Part shown: positions 1 through 36,196 of the stretch, piece by piece
How the letters are laid out: the number at the start of each line of letters is the position of its first letter
Position numbering within the stretch: position 1 is the stretch's first letter
NCBI GenBank assembly: GCA_002269645.1
Contig: NIVC01000476.1
Location: 62,001 to 126,000, forward strand
Length of the DNA: 64,000 nucleotides
Direction: 5' to 3'
Origin: Macrostomum lignano
Taxonomy: Eukaryota
Position numbers and translations under genes: made by a program
Notes under the pieces: generated by a model
Databases searched by the model: none
What the model was told of the DNA's origin: nothing
What the model saw: the letters and a program-made list of their open reading frames with translations, nothing else

Positions 1-68
1 GTCTTTGTTCTCTCAAGATTAGTCTTTGCCATTTACATAGTCCATGGCTTTGTGACACAACACCGCAG

Positions 69-2762
69 GCGCTCAACTATCACGTGGTGCCGCACTGCCA
101 GCCGCTGTGCACCCCGCCAGACATGTGGCTGCGCTGCTACCGGGAGCAGCTGGTCTGCGTTGGCGGCCGCGACCTTCAGCCGACCACGCCCGGTCTGGTA
201 GAGGACTGCTCAGCCCTGCTGCTGCCGAAGCCGTCTCAGGGCGCCACCGCTGCCGTCGCTGCGGCTGAGTCCCCGCTGATGTCGGCAGGCAGGAGCTCTT
301 CAACTATCCGTCGTCACACCCTCGCTTCCCTGCCTACGCCTGTCAGTCACGCCCAATGCGTTGTGCTCAACAACTTTCTGTACGTCCTGGGCGGCTGCGT
401 CACCCAGTGCGCTCACGCCGAGTCGGCTGTGAACGCTGTGAGCCGATTCGACCTGCGCTTCAACGCCTGGTACCAGTGCGCCCCGATGCTGCAGCGGCGC
501 GCCTACTTTGCCGCCGGCATTGTGATGGTGAACCGGCGGCCAAGGATTATGGTGGTGGCCGGCCGGCGGAAGGAGGGCGCCCTGCAGCACTGCGAGCTGT
601 ACGATCCTGAGGCCAACTGCTGGACTGCCGGCCCGTCGCTTGGGCAGGCCTTCTACTCCCATGCTGGGGCTGTGTATAAGGATACGGTGAGGGATTTAGG
701 GGGGCTGCTTCCATTCTGGGGGCTGTTAGGTCACGCAGAGGTTAACGTTTTTCGATTGTCGTGTCATCTGGGGGCTGTTAGGTCACACAGCGCTTAACGT
801 GTCCGATTGTCGTGTCATCTTGGGGCTGTTAGGTCACACAGAGGTTAACGTGTCCGATTGTCGTGTCATCTGGGGGCTGTTAGGTCACGCAGAGGTTAAC
901 GTGTCCGATTGTCGTGCAATCTGGGGGCTGTTAGGTCACACAGCGCTTAACGTGTCCGATTGTCGTGTCATCTTGGGGCTGTTAGGTCACACAGAGGTTA
1001 ACGTGTCCGATTGTCGTGTCATCTGGGGGCTGTTAGCTCACGCAGAGGTTAACGTGTCCGATTGTCGTGTCATCTGGGGGCTGTTAGCTCACGCAGAGGT
1101 TAACGTGTCCGATTGTCGTGTCATCTGGGGGCTGTTAGCTCACGCAGAGGTTAACGTGTCCGATCGTCGTGTCATCTGGGGGCTGTTAGCTCACGCAGAG
1201 GTTAACGTGTCCGATTGTCGTGTCATCTGGGGGCTGTTAGGTCACGCAGAGGTTAACGTGTCCGATTGTCGTGTCATCTGGGGGCTGTTAGGTCACGCAG
1301 AGGTTAACGTGTCCGATTGTCGTGTCATCTGGGGGCTGTTAGGTCACACAGCGGTTAACGTGTCCGATTGTCGTGTCATCTGGGGGCTGTTAGGTCACAC
1401 AGCGGTTAACGTGTCCGATTGTCGTGTCATCTGGGGCTGTTAGGTCACACAGCGGTTAACGTGTCCGATTGTCGTGTCATCTGGGGGCTGTTAGGTCACA
1501 CAGCGGTTAACGTGTCCGATTGTCGTGTCATCTGGGGGCTGTTAGGTCACACAGCGGTTAACGTGTCCGATTGTCGTGTCATCTGGGGGCTGTTAGGTCA
1601 CACAGCGGTTAACGTGTCCGATTGTCGTGTCATCTGGGGGCTGTTAGGTCACACAGCGGTTAACGTGTCCGATTGTCGTGTCATCTGGGGGCTGTTAGGC
1701 CACACAGCGGTTAACGTGTCCGATTGTCGAGCCAAAATTCTTGGTCAAACTAGCCTGTTGAAGAAAAGGTTACCTTGACAAGTAGGGTCAATCTGCTGGA
1801 TAAACTTTTTTTGTTGCACTACTAATGGAACACATATTGACTTCATTTGGAATTCGGCAGGTCTAACATTCGCAATCTAAATCCCTTGGTCAGAAGGTTG
1901 GATTTGTTATGCGATTCACAGTCGTGAGGACCAATCCCCAAGTCACTAAGGGTCATTGCAAACAACTAACTGGGGGACTCTAGCGACTCCTGTGACTTTT
2001 TAACGACTTTTTGCTGAGTTGTACAATCGTAAAAGAGTCGCGAAAAAGTAGTTGTGTTAGCGCTTAAATGTCTACTAACTCATGTAGACTAAATTAGAGT
2101 GCTGTTATAGACGCGAAATGCGATTCTGATCTCGTCGAGCGAGATCTCGTCGTTTTAAAGTCGTCTAGAGCCACTGAAACTGGCGCGCTTGCATGTGCTT
2201 AGGAGGCAGTCAGCTGAATGCATGGACAAAACTGCCGTCATATCGCCGAAGGCATTGCGCCACTGTCCTACGCCCCCGTGTTATCCCGCAGATGTACATC
2301 TCGGGCGGCTACGCCAACGAGAATTTCTATCCAGACGTGCACAAGCTCCGCCCTGCCGCCCAGTTCTGGGAGGAATGCGCGCCAATGCTGGCCGCCCGCG
2401 GCTGGCACTGCATGGTCGAGGCCGCCGGCCGTCTCTACGTCTGCGGCGGCTGCTCGTTGAACGCGGCAAACAACGCCCTGCCGGTGCTGCAGTGCGAGCA
2501 GTACAACGCCGAGGCTGACCAGTGGACCATCGTGTCCCCGATGCCGGTGTCGCACAAGGAGGCCTGCGCCGTGGCTGTGGATCGGCATGTCTACGTTCTG
2601 GGCGGGTTCAATGTGCACACGAAGACTGGGCAGCGGCTGGTGTGCCGGCTGGATCTGGACTCGCATCAGTGGGAGACTGTTGGCTCGTTTAGTCACAGCA
2701 CCACTGGGGTCTGCGCCTGTCTGCTTAAGGTGCCGCCTTATCTGCTGCCGTATGAGGACTGA
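69..2762 (+). CDS. Kelch-like (KLHL26/9/13-type) protein, 3' part; exons 69-686 and 2292-2762; 5' BTB/BACK exons lie outside the window
   Basis: Acceptor CAG at 66-68, then ALNYHVVPHCQP (end of BACK-like region) and six Kelch repeats (FLYVLGG..RFDLRFNAW, VVAGRR..ELYDPEANCW, MYISGG, RLYVCGG, HVYVLGG). Donor GTGAGG at 687, acceptor at 2290-2291, phase 0 on both sides, TGA at 2760-2762. Confidence 0.9.
715..1727 (+). repeat. 51-bp minisatellite, about 20 copies, in the Kelch-gene intron
   Basis: Unit GTGTCCGATTGTCGTGTCATCTGGGGGCTGTTAGGTCACACAGCGGTTAAC, head-to-tail with no spacers. Confidence 0.95.
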
Positions 2763-2861
2763 CGCTCTGGCATTGTTGCTGCTGCTGCCGCACTGTCTTT
2801 TCTGGTAATTGGAGCTGTGTGACCTAGACTGATTTAGGTTAGTTAGATCAGATTGTGAATG

Positions 2862-3322
2862 CTAATTAGATTGTGTGAATCCTGATTAGATTTTGTGAAT
2901 GTTGATCAGATTTTGTGAATGTTGATTAGATTGTCTGAATGCTGATTAGATTGTGTGAATGCTGATTAGATTGTGTGAATGTTGATCAGATTGTGTGAGT
3001 GTTGATCAGATTGTGTGAATGCTAATTAGATTGTGTGAATCCTGATTAGATTGTGTGAATGTTGATCAGATTTTGTTAATGATGATTAGATTGTGTGAAT
3101 GCTGATTAGATTGTGTGAATCCTGATCAGATTGTGTGAATGTTAATCAGATTGTGTGAGTGTTGATCAGATTGTGTGAATGCTAATTAGATTGTGTGAAT
3201 GCTGATTAGATCGTGTAAATGTTGATCAGATTTTGTTAATGATGATTAGATTGTGTGAATGCTAATTAGATTGTGTGAATGCTGATTAGATCGTGTAAAT
3301 GTTGACCAGATTGTGTGAATGT
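2862..3322 (+). repeat. 20-bp minisatellite (GATTAGATTGTGTGAATGCT)
   Basis: About 23 degenerate tandem copies just after the Kelch stop codon. Confidence 0.9.
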
Positions 3323-3799
3323 TAGTTTGGTTGAATAATTAATACTGCTTGTATTGTGTGAGCATTGGTCACATTGTGTAGGAGGTTGCTGTGAAATGTG
3401 ATCCAGTTGTGAGTCATAATCCCCGTTTAGTGTGAGAAAAAGTTTCGCTGCAGTCTATTTTTCGGTTTCATTCTTGCTTTGTCTTGATATTTCGCTAGGC
3501 GCATTTCTCCTCTGTATATTATTGATTTTTTCACCTCATAAAATACTTATCGCGCACCTGTAAAGCTGGGATACCCTGTTGCTGATTACCTGTGTCTCTA
3601 TGGATCATCTTCATTCGCTAATGCGTGTAAATTTTTAAATGTTATGAGAAGAGATGGCCACCAGTCCATCAAGCCTTATTTTTAATTTGATTTGTATTGT
3701 TAATACCTTTATTTCAATATCAAGTAATATCTTTGCCCACACCCCCTACCATGCGCTGTGTGTTTATCACAATACGCTAGGGCTAGCTTCCATCTCACA

Positions 3800-4150
3800 T
3801 GCTAGACTATAGATCCCATCTCACACGATAGATCTCATCTCACGCTAGATCCCATCTAAACACGCTAGATCCAATCTCACACACTAGATCCCATCCAAAC
3901 ACGCTAGATCCCATCCAAACACGCTAGATCCCATCCAAACACGCAAGATCTAATCTCACACGCTAGATCCCATCCAAACACGCTAGATCCCATCCAAACT
4001 CTCTAGATCCAATCTCACACGCAAGATCCAATCTCACACGCTAGATCCCATCCAAACACGCTAGATCCCATCCAAACACACTAGATCCCATCCAAACACG
4101 CTAGATCCCATCCAAACACGCAAGATCCAATCTCACACGCTAGATCCCAT
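3800..4150 (+). repeat. ~20-bp minisatellite (ACGCTAGATCCCATCCAAAC)
   Basis: Tandem copies between the Kelch gene and ISCU. Confidence 0.9.
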
Positions 4151-4242
4151 CCTTCTCTCGAGAACCCATCCCACACAATATATCCCATCAGCCTCTTTAA
4201 CTCCCTACAAAATCCTAACTATCTGCAACATAATCTTGTTTC

Positions 4243-4289
4243 AATAAAGCTTCTTTGCTTGTTTCTGCGAGTAATTTTCTTTCTCCTAG
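4243..4289 (+). promoter_or_regulatory. AATAAA followed by a pyrimidine tract and AG acceptor upstream of ISCU (candidate trans-splice site)
   Basis: AATAAA at 4243-4248; TTTTCTTTCTCCTAG ends at 4289, 24 nt before the ATG at 4314. The function is inferred. Confidence 0.45.
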
Positions 4290-4313
4290 CAACCGAAATC
4301 CAAGCAACCAAGC

Positions 4314-5270
4314 ATGTCCAGCGCTCTGCTCCGCACCCTGTCGCCTGGCCGTCACTGCCAGCGCCTCACCCAGGTGGCCACGGCCGCCTACCACAAGAAC
4401 GTGCTGGACCACTACGAGAACCCGCGCAACGTGGGCTCGCTGGACAAGGCCAGCAAGCGGGTCGGCACCGGCCTGGTCGGGGCTCCCGCCTGCGGCGACG
4501 TCATGAAGCTGCAGATCGAGGTTGACGATAATGGGCGCATTGTTGACGCCAAGTTCAAGACCTTCGGCTGCGGCTCCGCCATCGCCAGCAGCAGCCTAGC
4601 CACCGAGTGGGTCAAGGGCAAGTCTGTGGACGAAGCCTCCGGGATCAGGAACTCGGAAATCGCCAAGGAGCTGCGCCTGCCGCCAGTCAAGCTGCACTGC
4701 TCCAGTGAGTGCTCCGTGACACCACTGCCATCCCACACTGCCATCCCACACTGCCATCCCACACTGCCATCCCACATTCCCATCCCACACTGCCATCCCA
4801 CACTGCCATCCCACATTCCCATCCCACACTCCCATCCCACACTGCCATCCACATTCCCATCCCACATTCCCATCCCACATTCCCATCCCACTCTCCCATC
4901 CCACACTCCCATCCCACACTCCCATCCCACACTGCCAATCCACACTCCCATCCCACACACCCATCCCATATCACACTGCCATCTTCCACTGACTTTTCCC
5001 AACCCCATTTCACAGATCCCATCCCACAGGCCCATCCCACAGATCCCATTTTACAGGATCCCATCCCACAGATCCCATTTTACAGGATCCCATCCCACAG
5101 ATCCCATTTCACAGGATCCCATCCCACAGATATTGAACTAAGCCTGACTGACCCGCACGCACCGCCTCCCCCTCGCATCCCCTTCAGTGCTGGCCGAAGA
5201 CGCCATCAAGGCGGCCCTGAAGGACTTCAAGGTGAAGAACGCTGACGAGGCCGGAGTGATGGAGAAGTAA
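4314..5270 (+). CDS. ISCU: Iron-sulfur cluster scaffold ISCU, 157 aa; exons 4314-4704 and 5188-5270
   Basis: YHKNVLDHYENPRNVG, GAPACGDVMKLQI, FKTFGCGSAIASSS and LPPVKLHCS|MLAEDAIKAAL motifs. GTGAGT donor at 4705, AG at 5186-5187, phase 1 (A|TG). N-terminus resembles a mitochondrial presequence. Confidence 0.97.
4722..5130 (+). repeat. C-rich satellite (CCCATCCCACA core) filling the ISCU intron
   Basis: Degenerate CCATCCCACAC(T/A) units changing to GATCCCATCCCACA/GATCCCATTTTACAG units. Confidence 0.9.
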
Positions 5271-6247
5271 CTCCGTGTGGCTCCGGCCGATCTGCACTGC
5301 CGGTGTGTTAGCAGTGCAAACAGGAGTTTTCCGTCTTGACCAACCCGGAAATTGTTTACGTTTCTGCTTTCATTAATTCGCTTCATCTTGATTGCATCAA
5401 TTTTCAGTTGTCTAATACAAAATACGAGTATTAATTTTTATGTAGGATTAGTGTAGGAATTGATTAATTTAATCAAGTAGTTTATTAGGAGTATTAATGT
5501 CTGTTTCTCTCTACTTATTACTGTCGTTATATTTTATCCAGACGGGTTATCCAGCCCCTTCAGTACTTAAACTTTCTTTTTCATCAACTTTTAATATCTA
5601 ATTTGAAATCAAGCTTAGTTTAGCAAATCAGTTTTAAATCTATTTTGTTTCAACTTATTTTAATCAAAGTAGCTCCATGCCATCTCCATGTCATCAGTGT
5701 GTACTCGTAATGATGCAGAATAATACACTTGAAAAATAACAAAATACCTTTGTTTTAATTTTCTCCATCTTAGCTTTGTACATGAGTAGTCTTCATCATA
5801 ACCATAATTTATAGCAAATTTAAGTTTCTTCACTTTAAATCATTTGCTAAAAGCAAAAAGTGTTAGTTTGTATTTGTATAAATTTCAGTCAGTGTCATTA
5901 TTTGCTAGTAATCTTTATCATATTTGTAAATATGTATAGTAGATTAAGTTAATTAATTTTAGATTGCAAAGTGCATAATGTACGCGTATTTCAGGTATAT
6001 ACAGAGGTCAGGCTTCAAGATAACAGTTTAAGTTAGCCGGCTATTTATAGATTTTAATAATTGGTCTCGTTATTACAAAATCACAGCGGGGAAAATAGAA
6101 TATTCGCCTAACCGCACTACTGCACTCGCTATTTAGTAAGTAGTGCGTAGCAGATTTTGTTGCAACAATTTACTGACGACAGCTCTTGAAAGACAGGGTA
6201 TTAGACTGCGAGTTGGGAAGAGAGTCTCCGGTTAACGTGAGCTGCAG

Positions 6248-30105
<23,858 letters not shown>

Positions 30106-30341
30106 TAGAAGAGCAGGTAGAAGATGTTGAATTCTTTTGTTATGCTAATTAGCCGTTTATGACTCGGTCCAGTTTGGCATGGATCGGTCTGAGATGGGGT
30201 ACTCAAGCTGCTGTGGCTTGAATTCACTCGCTTAAGGAATTCCAGAGACTCTGGGGGGCCAACCCCCCCCCCCCCGAGCTGATATATTAATTACTGCTGG
30301 AGAGAGGTAGGGATGGAACCGGACCAGCATGCCGGGTGCTG

Positions 30342-30364
30342 ATTGGCTGGGGCCAGCAGCCAAT
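30342..30364. promoter_or_regulatory. Inverted pair of CCAAT boxes about 240 bp upstream of the anosmin ATG
   Basis: ATTGGCTG-gggccag-CAGCCAAT: 8-bp inverted arms, each containing a CCAAT/ATTGG motif. Confidence 0.4.
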
Positions 30365-30559
30365 GGCGCTGCTTGGACTGAAAATTTCTTTCAATGCATC
30401 TGGAAAGTAATGAATTTCCACTGCTAAATTCTAATCCTTCGCGTTTGCGTTCTTCTTGCTTTCGGATGGCGCCTCGGCGTACTGGCTTCTCCGCATGCTT
30501 CCTTTCGCATCTCGCGTCATTGTTCTTTAATATATCTCCATCTCTCCCACTTCCCTCCC

Positions 30560-31300
30560 TATCTTTCCTTAGTTCCCCTCTATCTCTCCCTCTTCCCTCC
30601 CTATCTCCCCTTAATTACCCTCTATCTCTCCTTAATTCCCCTCTATCTCTCCTTAATTCCCCTCTATCTCTCCCTCTTCCCCTCTATCTCTCCTTAATTC
30701 CCCTCTATCTCTCCTTAATTCCCCTCTATCTCTCCCTCTTCCCCTCTATCTCTCCCTCTTACCCTCTATCTCTCCCTCTTCCCCTCTATCTCTCCTTAAT
30801 TCCCCTCTATCTCTCCCTCTTCCCCTCTATCTCTCCTTAATTCCCCTCTATCTCTCCCTCTTCCCCTCTATCTCTCCTTAATTCCCCTCTATCTCTCCCT
30901 CTTCCCCTCTATCTCTCCTTAATTCCCCTCTATCTCTCCCTCTTCCCCTCTATCTCTCCTTAATTCCCCTCTATCTCTCCCTCTTCCCCTCTATCTCTCC
31001 TTAATTCCCCTCTATCTCTCCCTCTTCCCCTCTATCTCTCCTTAATTCCCCTCTATCTCTCCCTCTTCCCCTCTATCTCTCCTTAATTCCCCTCTATCTC
31101 TCCCTCTTCCCCTCTATCTCTCCTTAATTCCCCTCTATCTCTCCCTCTTCCCCTCTATCTCTCCTTAATTCCCCTCTATCTCTCCCTCTTCCCCTCTATC
31201 TCTCCCTCTTCCCCTCTATCTCTCCCTCTTCCCCTCTATCTCTCCCTCTTCCCCTCTATCTCTCCCTCTTCCCCTCTATCTCTCCCTCTTCCCCTCTATC
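30560..31300. repeat. CT-rich 20/21-bp alternating minisatellite (41-bp dimer)
   Basis: CTATCTCTCCTTAATTCCCCT alternating with CTATCTCTCCCTCTTCCCCT. Confidence 0.93.
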
Positions 31301-31764
31301 TTTTCCAAACCAGCTACGCTCCCCAGCGCCACAAAATTTTGAAGAAGACACGTCATCCAGTTTTTCAGTCCGACTGGCTTGCTTGCGGGAGGGGGTTGGT
31401 GGCGCTTCCTTGGAGCTCAGCACTTGTCAGTCAGTCAAGTTAATTCAAAGGGGGTGTCAAGTCAGACACCCAGCAGTCCCCCGTCTCCCCGCCTCACACC
31501 CTGCTGGTCAAGTCAGGTTGTCTAGCGGTCCAAGGCGGTCCAACAGTATTTTAAAAAAATATTTCCCACAAGCCAATGCTGGTGGCTGATTCTCGGTGCG
31601 TGCTGCATTGAATTTTACTTTGCTACAGCCGCTCCCAACGTTTTTGCAATTCGCTGTCCATTGAAAAATGAAGCCAATTATGGGGGTTGCCAACAGCACC
31701 GGAGAGAAGGGCTTAAAGAGGCCATTTTAACTTTAATAAAAGTTCAGCTTGAAATGAATTCAGG

Positions 31765-32360
31765 ACCTGTGAATCTTAATTTAGAACAAGTGAATCTTAA
31801 TATAGAACCCGTGAATCTTAATTCAGAACCTGTGAATCTTATTTAGAATCCGTGAATCTCATTTAGAATCCGTGAATCTAATTTAGAATCCGTGAATCTC
31901 ATTTAGAATCCGTGAATCTAATTTAGAATCCATGAATCTAATTTAGAATCCGTGAATCTCATTAAGAGTCCGTGAATCTCATTAAGAGTCCGTGAATCTC
32001 ATTAAGAGTCCGTGAATCTCATTTAGAATCCGTGAATCTCATTTAGAATCCGTGAATCTCATTAAGAGTCCGTGAATCTCATTAAGAGTCCGTGAATCTC
32101 ATTAAGAGTCCGTGAATCTCATTTAGAATCCGTGAATCTCATTTAGAGTCCGTGAATCTCATTAAGAGTCCGTGAATCTCATTTAGAGTCCGTGAAACTC
32201 ATTTAGAGTCCGTGAATCTCATTTAGAATCCGTGAATCTCATTTAGAATCCGTGAATCTAATTTAGAATCCGTGAATCTAATTTAGAATCCGTGAATCTA
32301 ATTTAGAATCCGTGAATCTAATTTAGAATCCGTGAATCTAATTTAGAATCCGTGAATCTC
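31765..32360. repeat. 20-bp minisatellite (GTGAATCTCATTTAGAATCC)
   Basis: About 30 copies. Confidence 0.93.
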
Positions 32361-32664
32361 AACCCAACCACAAAGAGTCACTAAGCTGAAAGTCAGAACC
32401 CCAACCCCAATACCCAATCAACCCCATTTTGTCGGCACAAAAAGAGCGCATGGTGCAGTCACCCCAGCAACAACAACGAAAACAGGTCCGGGTGGAGTGG
32501 GTTGCAGCAGCAGGCAGCCTGCCCTGCCATTGTCACGGAGGTGTCAAGAGACTGCCGTTTTCAAAAGTTGAAGCCAAAGATTTTCTTCACATAAAGAAGC
32601 CTCTTATAGACCATGCCGCCACTCCCGCGGGGTTCTGAGATCGAACCGTTTGCCCTAAAGATAA

Positions 32665-32806
<142 letters not shown>

Positions 32807-32822
32807 AGAACAGAATTGTCAG

Positions 32823-35567
32823 CAGGCATACAAGACTTCCAGGGGGCAGTAAGAGGATCTTGGAAGCGGAGGCTGAGGATGCAGTTTCAAAGAAGGTGCC
32901 GCGACCTCTTCCCAGCGCTCAGCCTGGCGATCCCGAGGGGAAAGCTATTTGCAGCTGGCAAACTTCCCCCCTCCGGTAAGTGCGGCAGTGGACCTGGAAA
33001 AACTTTCAGCAGGGTCTGTAGGCAGCAGCTCAGTCAAACAATTCACTCGCGCACCCAAGACTCGCCGTCTCATTTCCCAATGATGAATTATTTATGAATT
33101 GGGGCTACCGCTGCAGGGGGGCTACTCAACAACAATGGACTGCGCTGAGTTTTGAGGAATTCGGTGTCCACTGCTGCCTGCGTGTGGGCGACTGAGTGCA
33201 CCTGCTGAGCGGGGCCTAAATCCAGAGCCTGCTGCTCGGTTTGCTGAGAATTGCCTAAAATACCATGCGGTCTCAATTTCCTCATCTCTTCATTTTCATT
33301 ACTGCCTTCTTTATCCTGTCACTCCCAGCTTTATCCTGTCACTCCCAGCTTTAAACTGTCACTCCCAGCTTTAATCTGTCACTCCCATCTTTAATCTGTC
33401 ACTCCCATCTTTAATCTGTCACTCCCATCTTTAAATGTGTCACTCCCATCTTTAACCTGTCACTCCCAGCTTTAATCTGTCACTCCCATCTTTAATCTGT
33501 CACTCCCAGCTTTAATCTGTCACTCCCATCTTTAATCTGTCACTCCCATCTTTAAATGTGTCACTCCCAGCTTTAATCTGTCACTCCCATCTTTAATGTG
33601 TCACTCCCAGCTTTAATCTGTCACTCCCAGATTTAATCTGTCACTCCCATCTTTTTTGCCTGTCACTCCCTCCCATTTTGCCTGTCACTCCCCTCCTCGA
33701 TATCCATTTTATAATTTCTATCTTTTCTCTCCATTCCGACTGACCCTTCTATTTTCCCTTTCGCACCCCTGTCAGATCCCAAACGTTTTAAATCTTCAAT
33801 ATCTTCGCTTTCACACGAATGCAACAGCAAGGTTTTAGCCATTTTTATCACCATGTCGGTCGCGAAAGAAAAGTGGCGGGCTTTTAGCCTCCCTGGTGCT
33901 TCACCACGGATCAGCAGATTGATGACTCACTCAGCCAGACTGGGGATAAATTCCTAAGATGCTCCCCTCAGGACTGCAGACCAGAGTTCCTTTTATATGG
34001 GCATTCTTTTTCCACTCGCGGTGTGAAACTGCGGAACCGCAGCTGTTGCCCGAGTCGCTTCAGGGCTGAGGATTGTATCGCCTTCACTTGGCCGCCTGCA
34101 GCTTGCACTGCTTCTGTGGCGCCGAGATGTTTATTTTTAGTGGCGCCGAGATGTTTATTTTAAGTGGCGCCGAGATGTTTAGTTTGTGGCGCCGAGATTA
34201 TTAGTTTTAGGCGCCGAGATGTTTAGTTTTTGGCGCCGAGATGTTTTAGTTTTTTGTGGCGCTGAGATGTTTAGTGTTTGGCGCCGAGATCTTTAGTTTT
34301 AGGCGCCGAGATGTTTAGTTTTAGGCGCCGAGATCTTTGGTTTTAGGCGCCGAGATGCTTAGTTTTAGGCGCCGAGATGTTTAGTTTTAGGCGCCGAGAT
34401 GTTTAGTTTTAGGCGCCGAGATGTTTAGTTTTAGGCGCCGAGATGTTTAGTTTTTGGCGCCGAGATCTTTAGTTTTAGGCGCTGAGATGTTTAGTTTTAG
34501 GCGCCGAGATGTTTAGTTTTAGGCGCCGAGATGTTTAGTTTTAGGCGCCGAGATGTTTAGTTTTTGGCGCCGAGATGTTTAGTTTGTGGCGCCGAGACTA
34601 TTAGTTTTAGGCGCCGAGAAGTTTAGTTTGTGGCGCCGAGATGTTTATAGTTTTTTGTGGCGCTGAGATGTTTAGTGTTTGGCGCCGAGATGTTTAGTTT
34701 TAGGCGCCGAGATGTTTAGTTTTAGGCGCCGAGATGTTTAGTTTTTGGCGCCAAGATGTTTAGTTTGTGGCGCCGAGATGTTTAGTTTGTGGCGCCGAGA
34801 TGATTAGCTTTTGGCGGCGAGATGTTTAGTTTTTGGCGCCGAGATGTTTAGTTTTTGTGGCGCTGAGATGTTTAGTTTTAGGCGCCGAGATGTTTAGTCT
34901 TAGGCGCCGAGATGTTTAGTTTTAGGCGCCGAGATATTTAGTTTTAGGCGCCGAGATGTTTAGTCTTAGGCGCCGATATGTTTAGTTTTAGGCGCCGAGA
35001 TGTTTAGTTTTAGGCGCCGAGATTTTTAGTTTTTGGCGCCGAGAAGTTTAGTTTTTGACGCCGAGATGTTTAGTTTGTGGCGCCGAGATGTTTAGTTTGT
35101 GGCGCCGAGATGATTATTTTTTGGCGCCGAGATTTTTATTTTTAGGCGCCGAGATGTTTAGTTTGCAGCGCCGTAATGTTTAGTTTGTGGCACCACAATT
35201 TCAACTTCATTCCAAAGTCTAAAATGTCTGTTATTTAATTAAGAAAGTATTTCTCGTACCAGAAATTTTGAGCTACACTACTTTAGAGTAGGCATGAAGT
35301 ACTCGTAGCAGCTTGTCGTGCAAAAATGACAAAACTCTTCATTATGGCATTTTTGTATAAGTTAAAAATGTTGATTGAAACTGAGATTGCAGATGGAACA
35401 TAACAGGTACTCAGACACAGTGGTGCGATCAGGGGCAGAGGTGAGTGAGGGGTGAACTCTGTGTTTGTAATTGTGAAACACTTGCTTTTTCCTACAGAGC
35501 TGGCGTTGCAAGCATCGACTGCGAATGTACTTTTGAGTACCAGCATAGAGCACCAAGTAGCTGCTAA
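32823..35567 (+). CDS. Putative unknown gene, 3' exons 32823-32975, 35393-35440 and 35498-35567, giving a Cys-containing C-terminus
   Basis: Strong donors (GTAAGT at 32976, GTGAGT at 35441) and acceptors (TTGCAG at 35392, TTTTTCCTACAG at 35497), all phase 2. Spliced peptide: ..GKAICSWQTSPLRWNITGTQTQWCDQGQRAGVASIDCECTFEYQHRAPSSC*. No family recognised. Confidence 0.3.
33310..33670. repeat. 20-bp minisatellite (CTGTCACTCCCAGCTTTAAT)
   Basis: About 18 copies. Confidence 0.92.
34115..35190. repeat. ~22-bp minisatellite (GGCGCCGAGATGTTTAGTTTTA)
   Basis: About 48 copies with an intact, CpG-rich GGCGCC core. Confidence 0.95.
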
Positions 35568-35589
35568 ATCGCTCTAAAGTCTTGGCATT

Positions 35590-36185
35590 CAGAATCCTTA
35601 GCATAATCATCAGAATTCCCAGCATAATCATCAGAATTCCCAGCAGCATCTTCAGAATTCTCACAATCACTCACAGAATCCCCAGCATCATCATCAGAAT
35701 ACCCAAGCATCATCATCAGAATCCCCAGCATCATCATCAGAATTCCCTAGCATCATCTTCAGAATACCCAAGCATCATCATCAGATGTCCCAGCAGCATC
35801 TTCAGAATCTCCAGCATCATCATCAGAATCCCCAGCATCATCATCAGAATACCCAGCATCATCATCAGAATCCCCAGCATCACTCACAGAATCCCCAGCA
35901 TCACTCAGAATCCTCAGCATCACTCACAGAATCCCCAGCAACACTCGCAGAATCCCCAGCAACACTCACAGAATCCCCAGCATCACTCACAGAATCCCCA
36001 GCAACACTCGCAGAATCCCCAGCATCACTCACAGAATCCCCAGCAACACTCACAGAATCCCCAGCATCACTCACAGAATCCCCAGCATCACTCACAGAAT
36101 CCCCAGCATCACTCACAGAATCCCCAGCATCACTCACAGAATCCCCAGCATCACTCACAGAACCCTCACCATCACTCACAGAATC
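35590..36185. repeat. 21-bp minisatellite (CAGAATCCCCAGCATCACTCA)
   Basis: About 28 copies. Confidence 0.93.
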
Positions 36186-36196
36186 CTTTCAAACCC

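Noticed and set aside
799-1778. ORFs of 17-aa repeats and a CRISPR-like look of the 51-bp array
   Set aside because: Units are contiguous with no unique spacers, there are no cas genes, and the array lies inside a GT-AG intron.
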